A stretch of DNA of 64,000 bases from Azolla caroliniana (taxonomy: Eukaryota; Plantae; Polypodiophyta), in contig JBHGNT010000008.1 in assembly GCA_043228905.1 (NCBI GenBank), positions 5,022,001 through 5,086,000 on the forward strand. Reading direction: 5' to 3'. The notes under the pieces were generated by a model. That model did no database searches. It saw only the letters and a program-made list of their open reading frames with translations, and was not told the origin of the DNA. Below, in pieces: positions 13,278-25,699 of the stretch. The number at the start of each line of letters is the position of its first letter. Positions within the stretch are counted from its first letter, which is position 1. A program made the translations under genes and the position numbers.

Positions 13278-16200
13278 GTCCAGCCAAAATAGGAGCCGTT
13301 TGGTTGGACAACCCTAGATCTGTACAACCCATTAGTGGTTCCATTCCCTCCAAGCAAGTTAGCAATGTGTTCCTAGCCCAAGTCATGGTTAGTACTAAAA
13401 GTACTCCCCCAGTACATGTCCTAGCACTTCTAGATTCCAAAGCTAATTCCTGTTTCATGGATAGAGATTTTGCCCAAGCTTCTCAGATATCCTTAAGAAA
13501 ACTTCCTTGCCCCGCATCTGTAGTAGTCATTGATGGTTGTCCCATTGCTTCCGGGAATATTGTAGAAGAGTCAGAACCCATTCAGGTTGTCCTAGGTAGT
13601 TTTGTGTGTGTAGTATCATTTAATATAATTAGTAGTCCAGATCATCCCATTGTCCTAGGATTACCTTGGTTTGAACTACATAATCCAGACATAGATTCGA
13701 GAACAAGAGAAGTCCGACATCGACAACCCCAAGAATCTACTCATTGAGTTTCGACCATTTCACTCTGTCAACTACGCAAAGAAAGACATAAGGAGGCAAT
13801 GTTCCTATTTGCCATATCAGCACATCCTTCCAGCACTATTAAGGAAGAATCCTTAGTACAACTTCCGGTGAAATATCATCCTTATGCCGATGTATTTGAC
13901 AAGGTAAACGCCGGTACTCTTCCTCATCATTGTCCCTATGATTGTCCCATCGATCTACAACCGGGAGCAGAGCCACCATGGGGACCAATCTACAACTTGT
14001 CACCCACCGAGTTAGAAGTCCTTCGAGCCTACATAGAGGAGAACTTGGCAAGCGGGTTTATTCGTCATTCGAAATCTCCGGCCGGAGCACCCATCTTCTT
14101 TGTTAAGAAGAAAGGTGGCTCAGTTCGTCTTGTTGTTGATTACCGCGGCTTAAATAAGGTCACCATCTGGAATAGGTATGCACTTCCTCTTATATCAAGT
14201 CTTTTAGAGCGAGTTAATGGTGCAAAGTTTTTTACAAAAATCGATCTACGAGGAGCGTATAACCTCGTGCGGATCTGACCGGGAGATGAATGGAAGACCA
14301 CCTTTCGCACACGGTATGGGCATTTCGAATATACTATTATGCCGTTCGGTCTAACCAATGCACCCGCAGTCTTCCAACACATGGCAAATGATATATTCAG
14401 AGACCTCTTGGATATCTGTTTGATCATCTATCTGGATGATCTATTGATTTATTCGAAGACCCAAGAAGAGCACGATTCTCATGTACTATTAGTACTAAAC
14501 CGACTCCGCGAGAAGGGTCTTTATGCCAAGCTAGAAAAATGTAGATTTGACTGCAAACAAGTGGAATTTCTAGGCTACGTTATCTCCTCAAAGGGCATCT
14601 CCATGGATCCAGCTAAAGTCCAAATTGTGCTAGAGTGGCAAATTCCACGGTCGGTAAGAGATGTACAATGTTTTCTAGGTTTTGCTAACTTCTACCGCAA
14701 GTTTATACAGGATTACTCGAAGATTATGTTACCTCTCACACAACTTACGAAGAAGGGACAAGCATTTCTTTGGTCCAATGAAGTGGACATGGCTTTTCGG
14801 CATCTTAAGAAAGCCTTTACATCTGCACTTATTCTAGCTCATGTGGATACAAGCAAACCATTCATCATGGAGGCCGACGCATCAGATTTCGCCCTCGGTA
14901 GCATCCTTTCTCAACAAGGAGATAAAGAAGAGTTACATCCCGTGGCTTTCCATTTGCGCAAATTCGATGCTGCGGAAATCAACTATGAAATACATGACAA
15001 TGAGTTATTAGCCATCGTGGATTCATTTGTGCAATGGCGGCATTTTTTGGAGGGCTCTCCACATCAGGTCATCGTCTTCAGTGATCACAAGAATCTTTCT
15101 TATTTCCAGAATGCTCGTGTGCTAAATCGACGGCAAGCTAGGTGGGCTCAATTCCTCACATGTTTTGATTTCAAAATCGCATATCGATCGAGGAAGCAGC
15201 AAGGAAAGGCAGATGCACTATCACGACATTCATATCTTGCACCTCGTCCTGGTGATCCAACATTCGATAATCAAAAGCAAGTAATCTTGGGACCAACACG
15301 ATTGCACACAATGCGGATTTTTCACACCCCAATGGATTCCCAGATTACGGACACCATATGTGCGAACTTGAAGATGGACAATTTTGCTCAAAACATTCTG
15401 GCGCACATTGATACCTCTCGGGCATCCTGTTCCCAGTCTCAACAACCAAGTATGGACTACCGACAATTCGAATATCATGATGGTTTGCTATTCTTTAAAA
15501 AGCTTGTATATGTCCCTGATTGCTCCTATCGCCTTCAAATCGTCCAAAGTTGTCACGACACCCATATGGCGGGACATTTCGGTAGCACTAAGATGTTGGA
15601 TCTAGTTCAACGATCCTTTTGGTGGCCCCATATGCGACGTTTTGTCGAGGACTACGTTCGGACCTGTGATGCTTGTTGCTGAGCAAAGATGCCACGACAC
15701 CATCCATATGGCTTGTTGGAGCCCTTACCGATTCCAAGTAAGCCGTGGCAGTCTATTTGTCTTGACTTTATCATAGATCTGCCGGTCTCGAAGGGGTTCG
15801 ATGCTATCTTAACCGTCGTCGATCGATATACGAAGATGGCACATTTTGTGCCGTGTACTAAGCCCATCACTAGCGAGGAAACTACCACCCTTGTCATGCG
15901 TGAGGTATTTCGGCATCATGGCCTCCCAGATAGTATCATCAATGACCGAGGACCGCAATTTGTCTCCAAATTTTGGCAGCATCTCTTCAAGATGCTCAAG
16001 GTCTCTTGCAACCTCTCCTCTGGATACCATCCTCAGATCGATGGGCAGGCGGAACGAACAAACCAAACGCTGGAGCAATATCTCCGGTGTTTCCTAAGTT
16101 ATCAATAGGACGATTGGGCCGAGATCCTCCACTTTGCGGAGTTTGCGTATAATAATGTTGTTCACTCCTCGACTCGAGTCTCCCTATTCTACACTTATAC

Positions 16201-16904
16201 CGGTTCTCATCCTCGCTGGTCGGTGATTGACACCCCGGAGCTACCTACCAATCCTTGTGCCGAGGATCATTTGGAGAGACTACGCAAGATCCAAATGGAT
16301 CTCTCTACTCATCTTCGTCATGCTCAACAAATACAGAAGACTTACGCGGATTGTTATCGGCTTCCCTCCTCTTTTGCCATCGGAAATCGAGTATGGCTTT
16401 TATGTACGTGGATTGTCATCCGCTTCCCTCCTCTTTTGCCATCGGAAATCGAGTATGGCTTTTATGTCGTCACATCAAGACTACTCGACCGTGCGACAAG
16501 TTGGATTATTGACGACTCCGTCTTTTCCGTATTACCGGTAAGGTTAATGATGTCACGTTCTGCCTTGACCTTCCTCCGCATCTTCGGATACATCTAGTCT
16601 TCCATAGTTCTCTTCTTGAACCTTATAAAGCAAACACTATTCCCGATCATGTTACACCACCGCCGCCCCCGCTTGAGTTAGACACCGGCCCGGAGTATGA
16701 AGTTGCTGCCATCCTTGACTCCAAATTTGTTCGCAACAAACTTTATTATTTGGTCGATTGGCTCGGCTATAGTTTGAGTGAACGTACTTGGGAGCCCGTC
16801 GAGCATGTCGCCAATGCTCAGGATCTTCTTGCTGATTTTCATCGACAGTATCCCGACAAACCCGGTCCTCAATCAGCGTTGACTCATTCCACTCGTCGTC
16901 TTAA
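13274..16904 (+). pseudogene. pol: pol (PR-RT-RH-INT-chromodomain) of the Tcn1-like element
   Basis: ORF fragments 13274-13747, 13799-14278, 14339-15682 and 15689-16108 are colinear with the intact ORF 61015-63861; includes a 62-bp internal tandem duplication at about 16348-16467. Confidence 0.92.
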
Positions 16905-16915
16905 GGGGGGGATAG

Positions 16916-17386
16916 TGTCATGATATGGCACTATCCCGAGTGTCATGATATGGCAAGACTCGAACCCATGACCTTATGTTATATGGGTCGAGCTCTTGAC
17001 CATTATACCATCTATTGTAATACGTAGGATATTATTTTCATTTAAGTTTTATTATAGGAAATTAATGTATATTCCACATTTCTCTGGAACATTCTAGAAG
17101 CTTTAGGATTACTCCTAAGAACACTATAAAAGAATACACTAGGCATTATGTTGAACCAAATTGGTTCAACGCCAGTCTTAAGCCTCTTAGCCACTTTGTA
17201 CTTATCCTTCACATACTATATTAGTTGTTATCATCATCATCTCTCTCTCTCTTTCACCCTTGCTATCTCTCTCTCCTCTTCTCTCTTTCTCCCTCGGGAA
17301 TCTTATGGAGTCCCGTCCTCTTAGTATTAATAGTACTTCTCTTCTTTAGTACTAATTCTCTCTCTGCTTTAGTACTATTCCTGACA
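16916..17386 (+). repeat. 3' LTR of Tcn1-like copy 1
   Basis: Follows PPT AAGGGGGGGATAG; repeat of 11579-12049. Confidence 0.95.
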
Positions 17387-19317
17387 CTGACCATTTCTGC
17401 CACATCTCGTAGGCATTTGTGTCATTCGCCACATGCTGAAGGACACTGACATCTATGCATTGTTTGATGGTGGCCACTACCTTCCTGTTGAGGAGTTCCC
17501 ATTCAGACTCTAATACCCCTGTGGGTATTTGTTCTTTGTCGATGGGCTCGTACAGATATTTGACGATAAGAAGATCTTCCATCTAAGTTGATATTTGATT
17601 CTTCATAGTTGTGCGAGTTTAGGACCATCATTCCTAGAAAACAAGTCACACTTCCTTCCATCTTTGCACCTCTTGCTCTGATACCAATTTATTGAGATGA
17701 GATCATAAATCAGTGAGGAAGATATGCTGAAATGTATAGACAAAACACGAAAACAACAAGATAGACAAATACACAATGTACACAATTTTACGTGGAAACC
17801 CTAAGCGGGGAAAACCACAAGAATAGAGATCTACTATACAACTAAGAATACAAGAGAAACAATTGCAACTCTTCTCTGATACACAGAGATAACAACTTAG
17901 GGTTCCTAGAAAGTTCACTGAACTCTGCTATCACTCTTCTCACTCACACTCTCTCTCTACACAACACTATGTTATACTTTGCACTTTCTATTCAACACAC
18001 ATACTAAAGTTTTTCCCTAAGTGTATTTATACTTATACACCATATGGGCTATTTACAAATGTAGTCCCTACTAATTCTATTATTATAGTAATAACAATAG
18101 CAGTTAATCAACCGACTGGTCGACTAGTCGATTGGATTAGCTGACTCCTATGCCAACTGTCCAGTCGGCCTTGTCGTCGACCATCCGATTGAACCATCTA
18201 GTTGGTCGTGTCTTCGACTTGGATCACTTATACAATATTGTCGACTCTCCATATCGTCGACTGTCGGCACTCAGCCTCAATAGTCGGCTTCTCCTTGTCT
18301 TCGACTATCGGCACTAAGCCTGAACAGTCGGCTTCTCCTTGTCTTCGACTGTCGGCATTTAGCTCGAACAATTGGCTTTTCCCACAGGACGAACATTTTC
18401 CTAACAATAAGTTAGTGCCTTGACCAGTGTAGATTGGCCATTCGGCTCTCATAGCCAATTCAGTTTTGGTAGCCAGTTTGGCCCTCTTAGTTGATTCAAC
18501 CACAGTCGATTGTTTGGCTGATTTGGATTCAGTTATTAAACTATTTGCCAATTTGGGTTCGGCTGGGGGGTTGCTGGCTGAATGGGTTTGGCATACGATA
18601 TTTCGGCCTTTGAATCAGATTGGGAGAGATCGAAATAACTCTCTTGTCGATTCGGGGTTGGGATCGGTCTAAGATGATAGAGTCTTCATTGAAGACCATT
18701 GCTGCTCTAGATCAATTTCTGATTTGCTGGGATCCATAGTTGATAGTCGAATTCCCCATTTGTTCCGTATTCGAGAAAAATACATTTTATCGAATCGGGT
18801 GCTAGATTGGTTCGTTTCTCCTTTGGTATGTGTGTGTATGTGTCACATCCGAATATGCGAAACCAATTGTAGGTCGGCTGCTTTCCCGACCATAGTGCAT
18901 GTGGCACTTGAAGCCTAATTGCTTTTGACGACGACGGATTTATCAAATAGATAGCCATCTACAATGCTTATGCCGAGAACTCCAGTTTCAGTCTTGCTTG
19001 TTGGAGCATTTCTGTTACTCATTCTTGGATCGTTCGGTTCATCTGTTTGGCTACATTATTTTGCATCGGGGTGTAGGGAACGATCCTTGTGTCGGATCCC
19101 TTTCTCATACAAGTACCTAGAGAAGGCTTTGGAGGTATATTCTCCTCCATTGTCTGACCATATCGTTTTCACTTTGTAGCTAGAACGGTTTTTGGCTTCA
19201 GTTAGCCACCGCGCGAACACCTCAAGCACTTCGTCCTTGGACTTAATCGAATAAACCCAGACTTTCTGTGTATAGTCATCATTGAACGTGAGTGTTTGCG
19301 GAAACGTAAAACAGAGA

Positions 19318-19321
<4 letters not shown>

Positions 19322-19375
<54 letters not shown>
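19322..19375. repeat. (AG)n microsatellite inside the LTR; shorter copy at about 24876-24907
   Basis: Read directly from the sequence. Confidence 0.95.
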
Positions 19376-19376
<1 letters not shown>

Positions 19377-19968
19377 AGAACACAATTTCAAAATTATTTC
19401 AAGACACTGTATACACACTATGCTAAGTAGCACTATTTATACAAGTCCTCTTGGGACTGACAGAAGTGCCATGTACTTCAATGCTCACACGAGCATCTGA
19501 CACTTACTATGAGACTATAGCTACCTAGTAGTCTATCCTATACTAGGCTTCCGATTGGACTTCCGGTTATGGATTGCACCCGGTCTCCACTGCTTGCCGG
19601 TTCGGTTGCTCACTGTCATACCGATCCGTTTCGCCCGATCCGTCTCGTTTACCGGCTCCGGCTTATTCAGCCGATCCGGCTCCGGTTGAGCTTGCCGCTC
19701 AACACTCCCCCTCAAGCTCAACCTGAGGTGGGGTCGTAATGTCGACCTCTGTGGCAGTCGGTTCTTCCAACCGACTTCTCCTGGCGTCACTCCGCCTTGC
19801 TCGCGCTCCTCGTCCGGTCCGGTCCCGTTTGCCACGACCCCTTTGGTTCTGCGCGCCTCGACCCTCTTGGTCGGCATGTCTGCTCAATTGGCCCATCTCA
19901 GCACTCACGTTACTGTGACTCCGGCACTTGCCGATCCGTCGGTTCTCCCACGATGGCATCGACTTCCG

Positions 19969-22900
19969 CTATGTCCGTGTCCCCTTAGCCTTCAGTCGAT
20001 CCGACTCATCCAGATCCATCTGTTGATCCGAATCAGCTATCTCTGACTCGTTCCAGCTCTTGTTTGAATCGGTACACTCCGATTCGACTTCCGGCTTCAG
20101 GCCTCTCACCACATCGGACCACTTCCGAGTCTTGGCCTTCTCCATGCTTCCCTCGGCTTCTTCAGCCGGCGAACCGAAATCGATTTCTTCATTCGACTCC
20201 GCATCATGGTCAGTATCGTCGTGATGACCTCCGCACAGCATGCACTTCTCTTCCTGAGTGCACAACTCTTCTTCACAGCCGCTTGCTCCGAACTGTTCGG
20301 ATGTGTCGATTTCCTTCGTCGACTCGGCTTCCTTCATCTTCTTGTCTCCTCTTCTTCCGGCTCTCCTCTTACCGACGGGTTCAACAATTTTTTGGCCTTT
20401 GCCCGTTTCGGTAGAGACTTTGCCCTTGCTTCTCCCCCTCAAGTGCGGCACGTCGAGATGTTGAATACCAAGCATGTCGGTAAAGTGCTGCAACTTGTCC
20501 GATCCGAGCGGCTTGGTGAAGATGTCGGCAACTTGCCGATCCGTATGAACATACCGCAGGTCAACTTCACCGCTCAGGACCCGCTCACACACGAAGTGGT
20601 AGTGCACCTCGATGTGCTTTGTGCGAGCATGGAACACAGGGTTCCTGGCGAGCTGCAGGCTGCTCATGTTATCGCAGTAAATTGGGATCGGGGTCGGTAC
20701 CTCGATCCGCAAGTCTCGCAGCAGTCGCCGAAGCCAGATGACTTCACAAGTGGCAATGGTAGCGGCCCGGTACTCAGCCTCAGTGCTTGACAAAGCCACT
20801 GTGGGCTGCTTCTTGCTGCTCCACGCAACGACCACGCTACCTATGGAGAACATGTATCTGGAAGTGGAGCGGCGATCAGACGCATCGCCGGCCCAGTCAA
20901 CATCTATGTAACCGACAAGCTCTTCGGGTATACCTCGCCGGTATAGCAGTCCCCGGTCCTTAGTGCCGCTGACATACCGTAATATTCGTTGCGCGCACTG
21001 AAGGTGCTCCACGGTCGGCTTCTGCATGAACTGACTTACCATGCCGACCGGATAGCTGATGTCGGGTCGGGTGATGGTTAAGTAGATCAGGCTTCTGACA
21101 ACCTGTCGGAACCGTTTCTCATTGCAGGCCGGTTCGGAGTTGGGACGGAGCTTCTGGTTCCGGTCCAGGGGTGTGGAGAGAGGTCGGCAATCTGTCATGC
21201 GGAACTTATACAACATATTCAACACGTAATGTCGTTCTGAGAGCAATATGCCGTCGGGGGTCCGGATCACTTCGATCCCAAGAAAATAATGAAGGTCCCC
21301 CAGGTCCTTCATTTCGAATGCGTCCGACAACTGGGACTTGACGCGGTTGATTTCGGGAAGACCCGGTCCGGTGATGACTAAATCATCCACATACAAGCGT
21401 ATACATACCGGACCGTCAGAGCCTTGCCGGATGAACAACGAAGAGTCCGACTTAGAGACAACAAACCCCAGCTTGCGCAACCGGTGCGTGATCTTCGCGT
21501 TCCAAGCTCGGGGGGCTTGCTTCAAGCCGTAAAGCGACTTCTTCAGTCGGCATACCGCCGACTTGTTCATCTCCGATTGAAATCCGGGGGGCTGAGTCAT
21601 AAAAACCTCTTCTTCAAGCTCTCCTTGAAGGAAGGCGTTCTTCACATCCATCTGGTGAAGATACCACCTCCTTGCCGCAACAACCGCCAGTACCACACGA
21701 ACCGTCGTCATCTTCGCCACAGGAGCGAAGGTCTCGTCGTAGTCGATTCCGTGGGTCTGCGCGTATCCCTTCGCTACTAACCGGGCTTTGTACCGGTTAA
21801 CAAAACCGTCGGCGTTGTACTTGACCTTGTACACCCACTTGCATTCGATCGGTTTACAGTGACGGGGAGGATCAACTAGGTCCCAAGTTTCGTTGGCATC
21901 GAGTGCCCGCATTTCTTCGTCCATAGCGGCACGCCAATTTGCGTCATTTGCCGCTTCTGCGTAGCTCTCCGGCTCACGTACTTCATTCACCTTAGTCATG
22001 TACGCATAATGATGCGCCATGTATTCATTGTACTTGTACCGCATGACGGGATCCTTCTGGCGGGTTGATCGGCGCAACGCACCGTCACCTGATTGGAGGC
22101 CCTTCTTGGCCAGTTCGGTCTTCGTTGCCGAAGATCCGCCTTTCTCCTTTTCGGAGTCGGATACGCATCGATTCGACTCATCGTTGCCGGTTTCGAATTC
22201 CGGCATCTTCCTCTTCCCCTTCTCTTTGCGCCTGAACCGTTTCCTCGGCTCCTTGCGCGGGGAGAGCACGACAGAGTCTCCACCACTTGCCGTCTCTTCA
22301 TCCGATTGGTCCAACTAACTTAGTCGCTCGTTCGGTCCACTCAACCGTAACGATTCCGGACTCTCATATTGAGTCCCGACTTCATCATCCTCTGCCAGGG
22401 CTGATTCAGGCTCACTGGCCTGATCTTTCGACATTGGGTCGGGATCGGAAGTCGGAGTCGGTACGGAGTACCAGGATGCCGATTCATCGAACTCGACATC
22501 CCGGCTAACTCGGACTTCCTTCGTCCGGGGGTTATAGCACTTATACCCCTTTTGCTCTTGAGCATAGCTGACTAGGATGCATTTTTCCGATTTTGCATCC
22601 AGCTTTCTCCGCTTCTGATCCAACACATGCACATACGCTATGCTGCCGAATATCCGAAGGTGTCTTAAGTTCGGCTTGCGCCCGAAATACAGCTCATGAG
22701 CTGACACCTTGTCACCAATGCGGTTTTGTATGTAGACGGCCGTCCGGACCGCCTCCGCCCAGTAGAACCGGGGCATGCTCTTCTCCTCCAGCATTGCCCT
22801 TGCCGCTTCGACGAGTGTCCGGTTCTTCCTTTCGGCCACACCATTTTGCTCTAGTGTGTATCTGCAGCTGAACTCTCGCCGAATTCCCTTCTGCTGTAGA

Positions 22901-24740
22901 TAACTAGTGAATTGGCCGGAAAAATATTCCTTTCTGCCATCCGACCGAAGGCATTTGATCTTCCTCTCCGATTCCCGTTCCACCATCTTCTGGAGGCTCC
23001 GGAAACAATCGAAGACTTCGCTCTTCCGCTCAATGAGGTAGATCCAAGTATGTCGAGTATAGTCGTCGATGAAGGAGACGAAGTATCGGCTCCCGCCAAG
23101 GCTTACACTTTGTGCCGGTCCCCACACATCCGAATGGATGAGATCGAGCTTGTCACGACTCCGATTCCGTTTGGTGGGGAATGGAAGCCGGTGCTGCTTC
23201 CCAAGTTGGTAGGCTTCACAAATTTCGGCTCTCCGGCCGCTGAACTTCGGCAAACCGAAAACGACTTGTTTCGTTTGCAGGTCTTGAAGCCTCCGGTAGT
23301 TGACGTGGCCTATCCGCTTGTGCCACAGGTCGATGTCCGACTCGACCTTCTGTCGTTTCGTGAACAGAGCGGTGCCAAAGTCATTGGTGTTGAGGATAAA
23401 CATCCTCCCGTCTCTGCGCCCTTGCGCAATGACTTCGCCCTCATCCTCAATGAAGCACCCGAGGTGCGTAAACCGCACCTGCATCCCCTGGTCGACAATC
23501 TGACCGACGGACACCAGGTTCTTCGTGATTGTCAGAACGTGTAATACGTTCATCAGCTTCCCTTTCTATCCGACGTGGCTTAGAGGGACTTCTCCAACGT
23601 GCACGATTGGGCGAGGAGTGTCGTCTCCGGTTTCGACTACTCCTGGTCGATCCGGTTTCTCTAGAAGGGAGAACCACTCTTTGTGGCTCGTCATGTGGTT
23701 GGACGCGCCGGAATCAACATACCACACTTCCTCCGTTTTGGAAGTGGTCTTCTTCATTGAGTTTGCCTTGTGATTCATCACCAAGGCTGGCCCCTTACCG
23801 GCCTTTCCGGTTCCGGATCCTCCAGATCCGTTTGCGTAGTGCGAGTTTTGCCGGCCATCCTTACCGGTCTTGCTGGATCCGGATTTGTCCGAATTGGCAC
23901 GCTTTCTCCAGCACTCGCTTTCCCTGTGGCCTTTTTTGCCACAGTACCAGCATTCCGTAACGGATTTGTCTTGCCGGCCTCCGGCACCGCCTTGACTCCC
24001 CCTGCTTGTGGAAGTCCCGGAACTGTTGTCGGCACGCTCATAGTGCTTCTGTTCCTGCTCTTGCCCGCCGCCTCCATTGTGTGCCGACCCACCTCTTCCA
24101 CCACGCCCAGGAGCCGATCCGTTCCCGTGTACAACATTCGGCTGTCCGGGGATGCACTAGTAGATGCACCGGCGTGGTTCTCCTCTACAAGGAGCATCGA
24201 CTGTAAGTCGAAGAATGAGGGGGTATTCTCCCTTGTACACACCGCAGTTCGGAACGCTCCGAACTTGGACGCCAGGCCTCCGAGACATACCTGCACCATC
24301 TCGTCTTCCTCTACGGTAACATTGATAGAGGCGTGCGAGTCGCAGATCTCCTTTATCCGGCCCGTGTAGTCTGCCACGGACATGTTCTTCTGTTGAACAT
24401 TGCTCAACTCCTGTCTGAGTTGCAGCTTCCGGGCAGTGGTGCTTGCGGCGAAAACCTTTTTCAGGTTCCCCCAAGCATCCTTCGGTGTCTTGGCGTCACG
24501 GATGTGGCTGAGCAGCTGATCGCCGACACTGGACGCGAAGCAGTACATCACCCTGCTTGCCGCCTGTTCCCATACCGGGAAGTCCTTGTGTGCCGAGTCG
24601 GGCGCCGCATCATTTTCTCCTTCGACATAACTCCAGTATCCGTGTCCAAGCAGGTACTGGTGCATCTTGTAAGGCCAGGATGCGTAGTTGCTCCTGTCGA
24701 GCTTCTCCACCGGGAGCGACGTAGCCATGCCTCTATCCAT
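19969..24740 (-). pseudogene. Copia gag-pol polyprotein with a few disablements
   Basis: gag 23778-24740; protease WYVDSGASNHM 23566-23784; integrase 22315-23553 (LWHKRIGH, HSDVWGP); RT/RH 19969-22314 (LYVDD, HARTKHIEV); one in-frame stop and frameshifts. Confidence 0.93.
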
Positions 24741-24871
24741 GTCTTCTATTGTGTCTGTTTTCGACCTGTTAGGGTTTTCTTCTCAAGAGTAAATGTCTGC
24801 AGTAGAGGTTCTCAACCCTCGCGCTCTGATACCATGAGAACGTGAGTGTTTGCGGAAGCGTAAAACAGAGA

Positions 24872-24908
<37 letters not shown>

Positions 24909-25699
24909 AGAACACAATTTCAAAATTATTTCAAGATACTGTATACACACTGTGCTAAGTAGCACTATTTATACAAGTCCTCTTGGGACTGACAGAAGTA
25001 CCATGTACTTCAATGCTCACACGAGCATCTGACACTTACTATGAGACTATAGCTACCTAGTAGTCTATCCTATACTAGGCTTCTGATTGGACTTCCGGTT
25101 ACGGATTGCACCCGGCCTCCACTGCTTGCCGGTTCGGTTGCTCACCGTCATACCGATCCGTTTCGCCCGATCCGTCTCGTTTATCGGCTCCGGCTTATTC
25201 AGCCGATCCGGCTCCGGTTGAGCTTGTCGCTCAACAGAACGTGATGAAGTACCATGAGCCATTTAGAGATCTTTTGGGCATCAACCTTAGATGTCAAAAT
25301 GGATCAATTCTAGGGGCTATCATATCGTCTCATATTGAACTGAGTATAGACTTTGGGTCTATTTTCCGTTGTCGCGGATATCTGCGGCTCGCGGATTGGC
25401 TCGGGCAGGACCACCGTGTGAGTACGAGTGCTATATGTGGAAACGTGTATGGATCTGTAGTCGGTACTGAACAACAAACAACACATATAGAAAATAGAAT
25501 AGGCATGGAGACTTACACAGATGGAGCTTTAATGGAAAACTTCTTATTACTTCGTTCTTTCTCAGAGATACGATCCTCTGCTCGTCATCATCCATTACAA
25601 TGTTAGGTATTCGCTTATATACTAAGCCCTAACTTATTAACGAGTTCACACTCGGACATATACAATTTGGAAGGAGTCGGCCTTTTATGCCAACACATC

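Larger units (their letters stand above)
11579..17386 (+). mobile_element. Full-length, degenerate Tcn1-like chromovirus (Ty3/Gypsy)
   Basis: 471-bp LTRs at 11579-12049 and 16916-17386 with TG..CA; TSD CTGAC (11574-11578 and 17387-17391); PPT at 16903-16915; gag, PR (LLDSKA), RT (YLDD), RH, INT and a C-terminal chromodomain. Confidence 0.95.
10907..18406 (-). mobile_element. Degenerate Tork/Tnt1-like Copia, 5' part only (5' LTR, PBS, gag, protease), interrupted by a Tcn1-like element
   Basis: LTR at about 17690-18406; PBS TGGTATCAGAGC at 17675-17686; gag relics at 17392-17582 and 11279-11578 match the intact polyprotein at 56594-60580; zinc-knuckle relic and WVIDPGASFH protease motif in 10907-11266. 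Confidence 0.85.
19289..25236 (-). mobile_element. Full-length Ale/Retrofit-like Ty1/Copia element
   Basis: LTRs at 24835-25236 and 19289-19704; PBS TGGTATCAGAGC at 24823-24834; PPT at 19705-19716; TSD GAACG (19284-19288 and 25237-25241); gag-PR-INT-RT-RH order. Confidence 0.95.
18700..25290 (-). pseudogene. Old Copia integrase remnant, split by the Ale-like element
   Basis: Removing the insert rejoins GSWYFITF|NDDYTQKVWVY...WSDNGGEY; FRIFGC and KCIFLEYG motifs in 18707-18958. Confidence 0.8.

Noticed and set aside
19969-20430. env-like gene in the Copia 3' extension
   Set aside because: Hydrophilic, with no transmembrane segment or signal peptide
25437-25696. Additional solo LTR
   Set aside because: TG..CA can be found, but there is no TSD or partner repeat
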